64,000 bases of DNA. It comes from a virus (taxonomy: Duplodnaviria > Caudoviricetes). The DNA lies in the IMG/VR virus record IMGVR_UViG_3300020037_003306, positions 1-64,000 of that record; one strand, 5' to 3'. This document shows, piece after piece, positions 9,999 through 20,390 of the stretch; position 1 is the stretch's first letter; each line of letters begins with the position of its first letter. Both the position numbers and the translations under genes were made by a program. Below the pieces are notes generated by a model that was not told where the DNA came from, did not search any database, and was given only the letters and a program-made list of their open reading frames with translations.

Positions 9999-10781
9999 TT
10001 AAAAGAGAGTTTTTAGATTAACAGATTTAAACCCAAAGGGTTTAAGAATTTTACCATTAGCCCAACGACCTTTAGGGTCATAAAGACATTTCAAAACGAA
10101 CACTTCTTTGTCTTTATAAAGAATAGGTATAACTTCAACTTCCACTTCTTCATCTTCTTTATAACGAAGAGCATGAACAAGAGCGTCTTTATGCTGTATA
10201 AATATCTTATTCATATTGTTTCTATGAACAAGATTAAACGCAGCTTTAAATCGAGTATCAAGTCCAAAAGCAACAGCAGCCCCGTCAAGCACATAACGCA
10301 AATCACATAAAGCGTCAAGTACTTCAACAGGATTGGCAGAAGCTTCTTTCGATTCAAGCTTTTTAGCAAGTTCAAATTTAAGACCTGGAAAGATTCTATC
10401 AGCAATAAATTGACGTAAGTAATAATCATGAGCAAATCCAGCAGCCTCAATCAATTCAAATACTTCTTCAAGAACAAGTTTCAAACGAAGAAATACATCG
10501 TCTTTGTTAGTAAAGTCAGGTTCATTTTTCAATGTATAACCATTCATAATGACGCAAAATTTCTTAACATCTTCGAGAGTAGAATCGTTATTTAATCGGT
10601 CATTTTCAACAGTAATATCTAAATCAGAATCAGCGACAGCGTAAACTTCATCAAGCAATCTTCCATTCAATTGCATAATAAGTAAAGCATTTTCATCAGT
10701 AGCTTTTTCAATACCTTCTGGAGCAAAATATTCAGTAAGAACTTTACCAATTACTTCTGCTAATTTAACTTCTAAGTCCAT
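9999..10781 (-). CDS. MazG-like (DR2231/PRA-PH-type) nucleoside triphosphate pyrophosphohydrolase
   Basis: RLKLVLEEVFELIEA, EVLDALCDLRYV, AFNLVHRNNMNK and NGKILKP match the all-alpha NTP-PPase pattern. Confidence 0.85.
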   Translation of the reverse strand: MDLEVKLAEVIGKVLTEYFAPEGIEKATDENALLIMQLNGRLLDEVYAVADSDLDITVENDRLNNDSTLEDVKKFCVIMNGYTLKNEPDFTNKDDVFLRLKLVLEEVFELIEAAGFAHDYYLRQFIADRIFPGLKFELAKKLESKEASANPVEVLDALCDLRYVLDGAAVAFGLDTRFKAAFNLVHRNNMNKIFIQHKDALVHALRYKEDEEVEVEVIPILYKDKEVFVLKCLYDPKGRWANGKILKPFGFKSVNLKTLF

Positions 10782-10796
10782 AATGTAATTAGATTT

Positions 10797-11366
10797 TTAA
10801 GTGGTAAAACGAATAGTTGGAGTAGATGTTTTAATAGGAGCTTTTACTTCCAATTGTTCTCCATCAGCTACAACTTTTAATACGGGGATTTTAGCAATTG
10901 TAAACATCTCTGTTCCATCTTTAGGTATTTTACTAAGACGCTCTTGAATTTGTTTTTTACGAGCAGTAAGCCCTTTTATCAAATCATCAATAGCGTCAAG
11001 TTCAGGATGTCCACATTGAGAGTAATCAATTTGACTACTTGTACTTCTACCAATAGAAACACCAAGAACTTTCTTGTGTTTCAATTGACTATATAAAGCA
11101 TCAAATCTACTCTCAAGTAGAGCTTTTACTTCTTTATCTCCAGATAGATTTTTAACAATCTTTTCAGCCTTTTTAAGAAAGGCAAAGACAGTTAAAACAT
11201 CAATCTCTTCGGAAAGAATACGCTCTTTAAGAACACTAGTAATCTCCTTGCTAGAGAGATTATTAGGTTCAATTGAAAGTCCTTTTACATCAGCAATATC
11301 AGTCGGAGTAAGGACAACCTCTTGACGGATAGTTTTACGAATTTTATTTTCTTTTTCTATTTTCAT
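10797..11366 (-). CDS. Hypothetical phage protein (189 aa)
   Basis: ORF in operon; the IDYSQCGHPEL-coiled-coil pattern resembles Bacteroidota phage hypotheticals. Confidence 0.8.
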   Translation of the reverse strand: MKIEKENKIRKTIRQEVVLTPTDIADVKGLSIEPNNLSSKEITSVLKERILSEEIDVLTVFAFLKKAEKIVKNLSGDKEVKALLESRFDALYSQLKHKKVLGVSIGRSTSSQIDYSQCGHPELDAIDDLIKGLTARKKQIQERLSKIPKDGTEMFTIAKIPVLKVVADGEQLEVKAPIKTSTPTIRFTT

Positions 11367-11367
11367 T

Positions 11368-11604
11368 TTAAGGTTCGTAAGAATAATACATGGTTATAAA
11401 AAGAGTATCAGTAGTATCACAATATAACTTTGTTACACCGTGAATAGTAGGAGCTTGCGAGCCTGCAACGGTAACATTGAATAACGAATCAATTGCAGTA
11501 TCTAATGTAACAGCAGCTACAGTACTAAAAGAAGTTATCTTTGTACTTGTAAATTGCAACCGTTGAATAGCAGTAAGCCTTTTACCAATTTGAATATCAG
11601 ACAT
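11368..11604 (-). CDS. Hypothetical protein (78 aa)
   Basis: Fills the gap exactly, 3 nt after the ligase stop and 1 nt before the next start. Confidence 0.7.
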   Translation of the reverse strand: MSDIQIGKRLTAIQRLQFTSTKITSFSTVAAVTLDTAIDSLFNVTVAGSQAPTIHGVTKLYCDTTDTLFITMYYSYEP

Positions 11605-11607
11605 TTG

Positions 11608-12948
11608 TTATAAATCGTTTTCACTACGAATAGCTTTTGCTCCATTTTCTCCCTTAGCAATTCTAGGAAGATGGTGTGAAGTAAAACCACGGTGTGTAAT
11701 GGTGAGAAGATTACCGATATATTCGGCTTTATTAGCAAGAAGTTCCGCTTTGAGTTCTTTAGTAAATCCATGACCAGGGTCTACATAAAACTCATTTGGA
11801 TTAAGAAGAAAGTTTTCACTTGCATCTTGATATACACAAACAAACTTACCAAGATTAGGTTCATTCTCATAAGGTACAATATCAGTAATCATAACTTCCA
11901 TACTATCCATACGGACAAGTTTCAAAGCATCAGGAGAACGATATTCATCACCACGATACATACCGTTAATCGAACGGACAATAAGCCCTTCATAACCTTC
12001 AAAAAGCATCTGCTCTTCAAACTCAAGAAGTTCTTGAAGAGTATTAACCCATTTATAAGGAACAACTTTAAGAACAGAATCAAGTCCTAATTTCTCAATT
12101 TGTATATCAATACTCTCAAGTCTATCTAAACGTGTATGATACGGTTCAGTTTCACAAAAAACATCAAAAATATGAAATTCTAATTTTTTGCTAATATGAT
12201 GATGAACTGTACAAGCGTCTTTAATAATTTGTAAAGAGTAATTATGAAGATAAACTTCTCCATTCAAAGGAAGTGGATAATTAAGCTGTTTTAAAGCTTT
12301 AACAATTTGAGGACAAATATCTCCCCATTTTTTACCACCTGCGACAAGGCAATCTTTACCACCTCTTGTGCCAATTCCATCTCGACCAGGTTCAAAGATA
12401 CCATTAATACCGTCAAGCTTAGGAGAAGCAAGCAAAGGAAAATTCAAAGGTTTACTATCTTTATACTCCTTAGAATCTTTAGCATATTCAGGAAGTCTAA
12501 ACTTAGCATATTTCATTGGAATACGACGAGATTTTAGAGCAGCAGGGAGATTTTCAAGTTGATAAGTTACAGCTTTAATAAAAGTAGGCATTATTTTATG
12601 CTCTTTAGAATCAAGAACGATTGTAATTTTTTCACCTTCATTATCGTTTGAAATAAAAACATTAAGTTCATGAGCTGTGTAATAACCGCCATCTTTCTGT
12701 TTTTTATCAAGGTTTAAAGCATCTTGACACGCTTGCTCCCAAGGAGTAGTAGCATTAGCTTTCCCTAAGTTTTTACCTTTTGTTACGAATCTATCTTTAG
12801 AAGTATGAACTCCTAGTAATAAACCGTGAGTAATTCTAATTTGAATAAGATTAGATTTTACTTCAGTAACAAGAATTTGCCAACATCTAAGTTGACCTTT
12901 ACTATCCTTAGAATAACGAATAGGAAAAGCAGAATTTTTATTTGTCAT
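11608..12948 (-). CDS. ATP-dependent DNA ligase
   Basis: KxDG motif (SPKLDG), LNGEVY, FHIFD, GYEGLIVR and LKLVR, plus the phage-type N-terminal domain GKNLGKANATTPWEQA. Confidence 0.92.
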   Translation of the reverse strand: MTNKNSAFPIRYSKDSKGQLRCWQILVTEVKSNLIQIRITHGLLLGVHTSKDRFVTKGKNLGKANATTPWEQACQDALNLDKKQKDGGYYTAHELNVFISNDNEGEKITIVLDSKEHKIMPTFIKAVTYQLENLPAALKSRRIPMKYAKFRLPEYAKDSKEYKDSKPLNFPLLASPKLDGINGIFEPGRDGIGTRGGKDCLVAGGKKWGDICPQIVKALKQLNYPLPLNGEVYLHNYSLQIIKDACTVHHHISKKLEFHIFDVFCETEPYHTRLDRLESIDIQIEKLGLDSVLKVVPYKWVNTLQELLEFEEQMLFEGYEGLIVRSINGMYRGDEYRSPDALKLVRMDSMEVMITDIVPYENEPNLGKFVCVYQDASENFLLNPNEFYVDPGHGFTKELKAELLANKAEYIGNLLTITHRGFTSHHLPRIAKGENGAKAIRSENDL

Positions 12949-12987
12949 ATGATTAGTTGATGTAGTAGCAATTTAGTACGGGCGAGT

Positions 12988-13470
12988 TTACTTAACTCCG
13001 TATATAATTGCATACTTAGGATTATGTAATACTTTTTTAATAGTTTCCCACATAAGATGGCTTTCTTCAATACCAACAAAGTAGTACTCATAGTACTCAT
13101 TATTGTAGTCATAAAAGAAACGACCTTGACGAGGCAGACAGAAGCGGTCAATATCAGGAGTATATTCAGCAGTTTCTCCAAACAATTGAATGTTTTCAAC
13201 TTCAATAACTTCTCCTTTTATACGAAACCAATCTTTAGATTCGCAATCAAAAGGTTCAAGGTCTTCTCCATAAACAGATTTAATTTCAAGAGTTGTTTTA
13301 GCGTGAACTAAACCTTTTTTAGAAAGTAAAGTTACTATTGCATCAGCAACATCATCTTCATCAAATCCAATGATTTTAAAACCTTTTCTTAGTTCCATAG
13401 CGCCAAGTACTCGTCGTTGAGGAGGAGCATAAGCAACTTTTCTAGTTGATTTACCATAAGTATTTTCCAT
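12988..13470 (-). CDS. Hypothetical protein (160 aa)
   Basis: ORF starting 3 nt after the primase stop. Confidence 0.75.
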   Translation of the reverse strand: MENTYGKSTRKVAYAPPQRRVLGAMELRKGFKIIGFDEDDVADAIVTLLSKKGLVHAKTTLEIKSVYGEDLEPFDCESKDWFRIKGEVIEVENIQLFGETAEYTPDIDRFCLPRQGRFFYDYNNEYYEYYFVGIEESHLMWETIKKVLHNPKYAIIYGVK

Positions 13471-13473
13471 ACT

Positions 13474-14568
13474 TTAATAATGTTTTAGTTGTGTTATAAT
13501 TTGTGCAAATTCATCAGTAAATTCAAAGTTATTTTCAAATGCAGCATTAAACAATAATTGAGATTGTTTTTTACCGTATTTATGTCGATAATCACTAGCA
13601 TCTTTCACACCAAAATCATAGGTATTAAAGTCGCCATTAGTAAGAAATATACTAGGTATATTAAACTCTTTACGAAGGTGTCTAGCCATCGCTCTACCAG
13701 TTCTATCAAAATCCATGAAACTAAAAACATTAGTCCATTTACTTTTAATATAGTTAATTTGAGTAGGAGTAAAAAATACACTTTCAGCAGGTGGCGCAAT
13801 CGCCTGTACTAAATTGCTTTTGAACACAAGGACATCTTTCATGGCTTTAGTAATGATACCGAAATCAGCACTTTTAATTTGCCTAATACCTTGCACAAAA
13901 CTTCCGTTACTATGAAACCTATTACCCTTTTTACGAAGAGGGTAATAAACTTTCCAGTAATCTATGTAATCCCTTTTACCTAAATAATAAGCATAAGCAG
14001 GGTCATATTCGTCATATTCATAAACAACATTACCATTAAAATAAAGGTACAAAACAGGTACAACTTCATGTTCGGTAAGTATTGCTCTAGTGACTCCATA
14101 TCTATTAAACCAGTAATTAGCATCTTGAGTATTCCACCCTCTAGCTCTCACTTGAATATTCAATACAGGTTTCTCTTTAATTTCAATTTCCTTACGAATA
14201 TAAGAAAATGTAGAAGCAGTATTTTGGTATTTATTAAGTCTAAACGTTTTAATAATGTGTTCCATTATTTTACCAAAATCAGATTTGATATTAGCATTTA
14301 GACCGAGTACAAAACCAACACAATCGAAACAATCGCCCCAAAAATAACCACCAAAATCTCTGCCAATAAGTTTACCATTAGAGCGATATATAAATCCAAA
14401 ACTAGGGTCTTTATCACTACGGTAAGGAGCGGAGATTTTTTTATTGGTATTTACAATAGCGGAAATATGGGAAGCAGGAATATTAAAATAAACGCTGAAA
14501 ATATCTTCTTGATTAATATTATCAAGAATGTATTTAGATGTTAGTTTAATTATAGGAGGTCTAGCCAT
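13474..14568 (-). CDS. DnaG-family DNA primase (crAss type)
   Basis: N-terminal degenerate Zn-finger region (ISAPYRSDKDPSF..DFGG..GDCFD) and TOPRIM motifs IITKAMKDV and FMDFDRTG. Confidence 0.88.
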   Translation of the reverse strand: MARPPIIKLTSKYILDNINQEDIFSVYFNIPASHISAIVNTNKKISAPYRSDKDPSFGFIYRSNGKLIGRDFGGYFWGDCFDCVGFVLGLNANIKSDFGKIMEHIIKTFRLNKYQNTASTFSYIRKEIEIKEKPVLNIQVRARGWNTQDANYWFNRYGVTRAILTEHEVVPVLYLYFNGNVVYEYDEYDPAYAYYLGKRDYIDYWKVYYPLRKKGNRFHSNGSFVQGIRQIKSADFGIITKAMKDVLVFKSNLVQAIAPPAESVFFTPTQINYIKSKWTNVFSFMDFDRTGRAMARHLRKEFNIPSIFLTNGDFNTYDFGVKDASDYRHKYGKKQSQLLFNAAFENNFEFTDEFAQIITQLKHY

Positions 14569-14577
14569 ATAAAAAAG

Positions 14578-14608
14578 AAAGGGTAGTAAATAAAATTTAC
14601 CACCCTTT
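14578..14608 (-). terminator. Terminator-like hairpin after the SSB gene
   Basis: AAAGGGTAGTAAAT-AAA-ATTTACCACCCTTT. The mismatch is G.U on the - strand; A-run at 14571-14576. Confidence 0.7.
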
Positions 14609-14637
14609 TGTATTTGAAGATTAGAGAAATGAACGGT

Positions 14638-15450
14638 TTAGAAACCAGCAGGCAAATCGTCAGTCGCAGGATTAGATGCGGGATTTGCAGTTGGGTTTGC
14701 AGCATATTGGCTGTAATTCGCAGCAGGAGCTTTAGTAATACGGTCTTTCTTTCCAAGTTGAAGAAGCGTAGGCTTACCGGCAACCCAAAGTTCAAGGAAA
14801 TTACCAAACTTAGGAAGTTGGTAATAATCACCTTTATTATCAAGCACTAATTTGATACGAACAACAACAGGAACAGCTTTACCATCTTTAGTAGTTTGAT
14901 AGATTGGTTTACCTGCACGACCAGTGTTAAATTGGTCAGCAACACGGTAAAAGAAAGCATACCAATCAACTCTAGCAGCGAGGTCTTCTTCGTCTTCAGT
15001 TTCATTGATTTCTTCGGGAATCTCAATAGCGTTGAAATAATCATCAGTCATTGCACCTAATTGTGCTTTAGCGTGAGAACCAACTCCCATGAACGTATCC
15101 CAAATATGAGCAATAAAATCATTCTGCCAAGTAATTTGCTCTGCAACAGTGAATTTATCACTATCTTTAAGCAAACACCATTCAGTATGATAATGTTGAC
15201 GTTCTTTTGCGCCATCAGCAAAGTGGAAAACAAGAACAGGTTTTGCACCATCATTCTCTGTTTTACGGAAACTAGCACTAACAGATACTAATTGACCAAT
15301 AGGGAACTTTTCAGTTTCCGTAGGTTGCAAAGGAACAACACTTGTTGATTTGGCTTCTGTAATAGCACCTCTTGTACTTTTACGTGTAGTAGGCTTTACA
15401 GCTTCTTTTTCTTCTCCTTCTTTTTCAGGAAGATTATCTTTTTTTGCCAT
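14638..15450 (-). CDS. Putative single-stranded DNA-binding protein
   Basis: Sits next to the primase, has a beta-rich core, and ends in the SSB-like acidic tail ...TDDLPAGF. Confidence 0.6.
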   Translation of the reverse strand: MAKKDNLPEKEGEEKEAVKPTTRKSTRGAITEAKSTSVVPLQPTETEKFPIGQLVSVSASFRKTENDGAKPVLVFHFADGAKERQHYHTEWCLLKDSDKFTVAEQITWQNDFIAHIWDTFMGVGSHAKAQLGAMTDDYFNAIEIPEEINETEDEEDLAARVDWYAFFYRVADQFNTGRAGKPIYQTTKDGKAVPVVVRIKLVLDNKGDYYQLPKFGNFLELWVAGKPTLLQLGKKDRITKAPAANYSQYAANPTANPASNPATDDLPAGF

Positions 15451-15483
15451 GTTATTTTTAACAGTTTAAATTTTAAACAAATA

Positions 15484-15513
15484 AAAGCCTAGCATACAAG
15501 TACGCTAGGCTTT
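15484..15513 (-). terminator. Intrinsic terminator
   Basis: AAAGCCTAGCATAC-AA-GTACGCTAGGCTTT; G.U pair on the - strand. Confidence 0.75.
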
Positions 15514-15537
15514 ATTTAATCGAGCAAGAATTTCAAA

Positions 15538-16218
15538 TTACGCTTCTACGTCGTCAGCTTTTACGTCGTCAGCTTTTTTGTTTTTACCTTTACCTTTTCC
15601 TTTTGTAGGAACTTCTTCTTCAGACTCTTCATCGTCAGAAGCATCACCAGCATCACCTTTTGCACGAACTTTACGTTCAGGTTTTGGTTCAGTACTGATA
15701 AATTCCATGATAAACCAAACAACAGCTTTTTCTCCAGCAACTTCGCCTTCTTCTTCGTTGTCATTAACAAAGCATCCGTCTTCGTCAAGGTAGCCACTTT
15801 CAATAGCGGCTTCGTAAGAAACAAAATTACCGTCCTCATCATGAGTTACAACGTTTTTCTCTGCTTCAATGAGATAGTTAGTATTAGTTTCAGTAGTACC
15901 ACCAATCTCACTCCAGATGTTTGCGTTATTAAACTGGAGAGTACCAGCTTTTTTCAAACTAGGTTGAGCAAGTTTAGAACCTTCGCCTTCAACAGTGCAA
16001 AGAGAAATACCGTAGATATGTTTGCCATTTTCGCCAACACCAATAGCAGCAATTTCGCATCTTTGACCAGCCCCTGAAAGGACTTGATTATAGTTAGCGC
16101 CAATCATTTCAACGGCAATAGCATTAATACGAACAGTTCCTTCAGTAGGAGTTGTGGTAATAAGTGCATCAGATGTTTTAAGTTTTCTAACACCTGCTAA
16201 TTTTTTTACTAGTTTCAT
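15538..16218 (-). CDS. Conserved crAss-like replication-module protein with an acidic/lysine-rich tail
   Basis: 226-aa ORF with a low-complexity C-terminus (DDEESEEE..KGKGKGKNKK); its position between the annealase and SSB is typical. Confidence 0.75.
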   Translation of the reverse strand: MKLVKKLAGVRKLKTSDALITTTPTEGTVRINAIAVEMIGANYNQVLSGAGQRCEIAAIGVGENGKHIYGISLCTVEGEGSKLAQPSLKKAGTLQFNNANIWSEIGGTTETNTNYLIEAEKNVVTHDEDGNFVSYEAAIESGYLDEDGCFVNDNEEEGEVAGEKAVVWFIMEFISTEPKPERKVRAKGDAGDASDDEESEEEVPTKGKGKGKNKKADDVKADDVEA

Positions 16219-16302
16219 AAATATTAAAATTGTAAGATTAAAAAAATAAATTTGTTCAGAAATAATAATAACAGTTTTTCAAGGTTTAGTTTCAAGGTTG
16301 TT

Positions 16303-17121
16303 TTACTCTTCATCCATAACTTCAGCATCAACCTCTTCTGCATCAGTCTTTTTAACCATTTTTCCTTTGTTAGTTTTAATAGTAATCTTACCGTCAGCAT
16401 CAGCTTCATAAGGTATATCATACGTATCGCAAAGGATACTCGTTTCACCCATACCAAGAAGAATGTCATCACCGATTTTATGTGCGCCATCTGTAAATGC
16501 ACGAGTATAAACCATAGCTCTTAGGAACTTTCCCCAAGTATCAGGTTTACTAGCAATCAGACCAGCAGTCATAGCTTCAGTAACTGCAAATCGACCAGTA
16601 GCTTTCATTTTAACAAATTCACCATTAGGTTGTTTAACCCAACGAGTAAAAATGATAACTGTTCTACGGTCAATTTCCTTTTGACGAATGACATTCAATT
16701 TAGTAGGATGATAATCGGCAGGTTCAGTTTTTAATCCAATTAAATGATACTCATCACGATTATTAACAAATTCATCGTGAGTAATATTAATGCCACCTTT
16801 TGCAGCATATTCATAAACAGGAGCAAAATCTTCTGTAACCTCATAAGTAACTCCTGCTTTAAGCAATTGAGCAGCAATCAAATGTACTCCAGCACTAGCC
16901 CGACCTTGTATCGGATGTATATTTGCAAGAGCAAAAGTGATTGGAATTTTGAAATCTTTAGCAGCTTGAAGTACAATAAGAACATCGCCAGCTTGTTTGA
17001 ATGGAACTAACTTAGAATCCATTTTAACAAGTTTAGTAGCAAGACTCATCATAGAATCAAAACCGCCTAAATTCTCATAACTCTTTTCCTCATTAAGCAA
17101 GGCTATCTCTTTTTTATCCAT
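16303..17121 (-). CDS. RecT/Bet-like single-strand annealing recombinase
   Basis: ALANIHPIQGRASAG and WGKFLRAMVYTRA..DDILLGM match the SSAP motif pattern; acidic tail. Confidence 0.7.
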   Translation of the reverse strand: MDKKEIALLNEEKSYENLGGFDSMMSLATKLVKMDSKLVPFKQAGDVLIVLQAAKDFKIPITFALANIHPIQGRASAGVHLIAAQLLKAGVTYEVTEDFAPVYEYAAKGGINITHDEFVNNRDEYHLIGLKTEPADYHPTKLNVIRQKEIDRRTVIIFTRWVKQPNGEFVKMKATGRFAVTEAMTAGLIASKPDTWGKFLRAMVYTRAFTDGAHKIGDDILLGMGETSILCDTYDIPYEADADGKITIKTNKGKMVKKTDAEEVDAEVMDEE

Positions 17122-17180
17122 GATATAAAGATAGTAAACTTTGTTTTAAAATTCTAACAAACTAACAATTATTTTCAGGA

Positions 17181-18359
17181 TTATTTTATTATAAATTGTT
17201 GCTGTGTTGCTTGGTGTATTCTACCGTGAGCAAAATCCTCACGAAGAAAAATATCACCGGTAACACCATCACGATTTTTAATAATTGCACCATGAATAAG
17301 ATTATCAGTTCTTAGCTTATTCGGACCGTACTCTTTAATACCAAGAACAATAGGACGATGTGCAGCAATAACTGTATCACAAGCCCACCAAATCTGAGCA
17401 CCAAGATGGATGTCTTTTTTAGTAGGATAATGACCAGATTTACTATTGATACGGTCATCAGCTTCAATATTCTGATTCATCTGATTAACAAGAATTACAA
17501 GTGCATTCAAACGTTGCTTTAATTCAATAGCCATAAGTGCAATAGCTTTCTGCAATGATGCTTCATCACGCTCTTTCAAATAAAGAGATAAAAGCGTATG
17601 GTCAAGACTAATACCAATTTTGCACGTAGGATTATCAGCAGCTATCTTATAGCAAGTTGCTTTCATTTGTTCAACATTACCAGATACAGGAACATAATAT
17701 TCCTTACGACCTGCAAACGCATTAAGAACACTTTTTACTTCAGCAAACTCACTTTCATTTAGCCTACGATAATCATTGATTTTTGCATCGTATTCAGAAC
17801 TCATAAGAAAACCATAACTAGTACCCATAACATTAGCAGCACTTCGGATAAGTTCAGACTCACCGTCCATCTCAAATCCAAAGTGAATCCAAACAACATC
17901 ATGGATACAATTGCGGTTTAATCCTTGCCAAATAGTTTGACCATCATTATTGACAATAAGACCACTTTCAATGTATAACTGTCCAGCACTCTCATAATCG
18001 GTCTTAGTGGGTAAACGATAAATACCATCAATTAATTCAAGGTCAATTACTTGATTACCATGATAGAAATTAGTTCTACCAAAATTTACATTTTGATGAG
18101 AAAGAAAATCATTTCGCAGCATATTAATAAGATAAGATTTACCACTACCTGACATACCAAAGAGCATAACAACTTTACCAAATCGGAAATACTTAAGCAT
18201 AGCACGATTGAGATTAGAAAACCTCGAAAGTACGCCAAATTGTTCAGTAGTTCTTTCATCAGATAGACGCTCAATAGCGCTAGTAATAAGGTCTTTAGTT
18301 TTAACATACCTAAGACCATCATAATCAGTTTTCTTAAAACTCATGGATATCCCTAGCAT
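17181..18359 (-). CDS. DnaB-like (SF4) replicative helicase (start may be 18344)
   Basis: Walker A GMSGSGKS, HFGFEM, SLDHTLL, LVNQMNQ and IIKNRDG. Confidence 0.88.
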   Translation of the reverse strand: MLGISMSFKKTDYDGLRYVKTKDLITSAIERLSDERTTEQFGVLSRFSNLNRAMLKYFRFGKVVMLFGMSGSGKSYLINMLRNDFLSHQNVNFGRTNFYHGNQVIDLELIDGIYRLPTKTDYESAGQLYIESGLIVNNDGQTIWQGLNRNCIHDVVWIHFGFEMDGESELIRSAANVMGTSYGFLMSSEYDAKINDYRRLNESEFAEVKSVLNAFAGRKEYYVPVSGNVEQMKATCYKIAADNPTCKIGISLDHTLLSLYLKERDEASLQKAIALMAIELKQRLNALVILVNQMNQNIEADDRINSKSGHYPTKKDIHLGAQIWWACDTVIAAHRPIVLGIKEYGPNKLRTDNLIHGAIIKNRDGVTGDIFLREDFAHGRIHQATQQQFIIK

Positions 18360-18912
18360 TTGTTACAGGCGTATGAGAAGTCGCAGTCTTATCTCCAAGT
18401 CTAATAGGACGGATTTTAGACCAAAACTCACTACGAACATAATCAACAATTTTAATACTAATCATATTGTTGTCAATACCAAATTTAGTATCAAGAATCA
18501 CTTCTTCATGTTCGCTTTTCAATCCACCAATAATGTTAAAATATTGTCCTCTAAGTCCAGCTTTATCAGCTTTCATAAGCGGAGCATTTTTTCCATCAAT
18601 CTTAACAAAAGCAGGGTACAAATCCCATAGTTCATTCCCGCAAGTATATTCATCAACATAGAAGTTGAGAAACTTAGGAGTAAGGAAATAAGCATCGTGT
18701 TCAACAGAGTCATCTTTTTTCATATAACCCAATTCAATAACACGTTGCCTTTGTACATTCGTAAGTACGCCTTTTTCTTCTCTACGAAAAGTGTTCTTAT
18801 ACAATCGCATAAGACCTTTCTCATTGAGATACTTAAGGTGTAGTATTAAAAACTCATCGGCTGTCAACTGCATCTTTACCAGATGCGGTATCAACCTCTT
18901 TACATCAATCAT
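18334..18912 (-). CDS. Hypothetical protein, possible helicase loader or replication initiator
   Basis: Directly upstream of and overlapping the DnaB-like gene; ELWDLYP motif. The function is inferred from position. Confidence 0.6.
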   Translation of the reverse strand: MIDVKRLIPHLVKMQLTADEFLILHLKYLNEKGLMRLYKNTFRREEKGVLTNVQRQRVIELGYMKKDDSVEHDAYFLTPKFLNFYVDEYTCGNELWDLYPAFVKIDGKNAPLMKADKAGLRGQYFNIIGGLKSEHEEVILDTKFGIDNNMISIKIVDYVRSEFWSKIRPIRLGDKTATSHTPVTNARDIHEF

Positions 18913-18925
18913 AAGCAGTTATTTT

Positions 18926-20389
18926 TTAAATGTCATCAAAACTTTCTTCATTCCTCGGATTAAATTCTATTTTATCAACAGAATCTATCCAATGTATTTT
19001 ATTACTACTCTTAGATTGAGCTTCACGAAGAGTGTCATAATCACTTGTACCTTTAACAAAAACGTTTACAATTAGCATTGTGCTATTAGGACGACTAGGA
19101 ATAACCCTTTTGACACGTCCAGTACGTTGTGTTTGTTGATTAAAGTTACGTGTACGACTACTAATAATGCCAACCTCAATATCTTCGCAGTCAAAACCTT
19201 CATCAAGGGCTTTTGCGGTACTAAGTACTTTAACTAGTGAATTAATAAACTTTTCAGTAAAAACTTTCTTAAGAGTTTTCAAACCGAATAACTTACGTTG
19301 TCCTGCTTTTGCAGAAGTTTTACCATAAGTCATCCAATTACCATTTTTATCTTTAAGTGGTTGTTTACTAATCTTGCTATGATAAACCACACAAGAATCT
19401 TCTTTCTCTTTATTAAGAGTATTAAAGACTTTATCAGCAAACGTAATACTTTCACTAAAAGACATAATTTTATAGCCTTCAAATTTTCTAATCACAGCTA
19501 AAACTGCATTGAACTTACTATCACAAGTAGCAAGGAATTGATTTTTAGCATTAACACCTTTTAAAGCATTTTTAGCGTATCCCATTACTACATTAGGATT
19601 CCACATACTATTAATTTCAAGTTGCTTATCTGTAAGAGTAGTCTTAGAGTAGGGGTCAACCCAACCATTTTGAATAGCCCACATTTTAGCAAATTGAAAA
19701 GCAGTAAAATGAGAATCACCACTTATGCATTTTTTGGCAGCATCGTAGCCATGTTTACCAAACATAGAAAGATTGGTATCCGTAAATTCACATAGTTCAT
19801 TATACCGTTTAATTTCTTTATCAGTAAGTTCAACACAAAGATTGTATTCAACGTATTTACTAATCCAGCCATTAGCGGTAGCATCTTGTTCTGTAATAAT
19901 ATCAACAGGCGGCGCAAAAGCTTGTAATTTCTCATGACGACCTTGAGGGTCAAGGAAAGTAGCTGTTAAACAAAGAAGATATTTACGAAGTATTTTAGTT
20001 CCATCAACATATTGAAACCAATCATCTCCATAGAATTTATGAACTTCATCAACAACTAATAATCCGCAAGTAGGTACAATCTTATTGTCCAAATAGTATT
20101 GAACAGTTTGAATGGTAATTTGTCCATGATGTCTAGCGTCAACAAATTGTTCAACTCGGTCTTTCCATTGCTTACGAAGTTCATCTCGATGTACAAGAAT
20201 AATTACAGTTTCATGTATGTTCTTATCAAGATAAGGTGTAACAGCAAAATTGAGAGTTGAATAAGTTTTACCCATAGCAGTAATCCACCAAAGAGTACCA
20301 ATGCCATTGGCGGCACCATATTTAGAGCCATAACGCCAATGATTAATACCGATTCGTTGTCTATCTTCCTTTTTAACATCTACTTGCAT
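18926..20389 (-). CDS. Superfamily 2 (DExH) helicase
   Basis: TAMGKT, VVDEVH, CLTAT, ALDEGFD and QRTGRVKR. Confidence 0.9.
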   Translation of the reverse strand: MQVDVKKEDRQRIGINHWRYGSKYGAANGIGTLWWITAMGKTYSTLNFAVTPYLDKNIHETVIILVHRDELRKQWKDRVEQFVDARHHGQITIQTVQYYLDNKIVPTCGLLVVDEVHKFYGDDWFQYVDGTKILRKYLLCLTATFLDPQGRHEKLQAFAPPVDIITEQDATANGWISKYVEYNLCVELTDKEIKRYNELCEFTDTNLSMFGKHGYDAAKKCISGDSHFTAFQFAKMWAIQNGWVDPYSKTTLTDKQLEINSMWNPNVVMGYAKNALKGVNAKNQFLATCDSKFNAVLAVIRKFEGYKIMSFSESITFADKVFNTLNKEKEDSCVVYHSKISKQPLKDKNGNWMTYGKTSAKAGQRKLFGLKTLKKVFTEKFINSLVKVLSTAKALDEGFDCEDIEVGIISSRTRNFNQQTQRTGRVKRVIPSRPNSTMLIVNVFVKGTSDYDTLREAQSKSSNKIHWIDSVDKIEFNPRNEESFDDI

Positions 20390-20390
20390 T

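Noticed and set aside
17905-18085. ~55-60-aa insertion after Walker A in the DnaB-like helicase, ending ..RN-C, as a possible intein
   Set aside because: Far shorter than minimal inteins and lacking the N-terminal Cys/Ser block and the TxxH/HN motifs; treated as an ordinary loop insertion.
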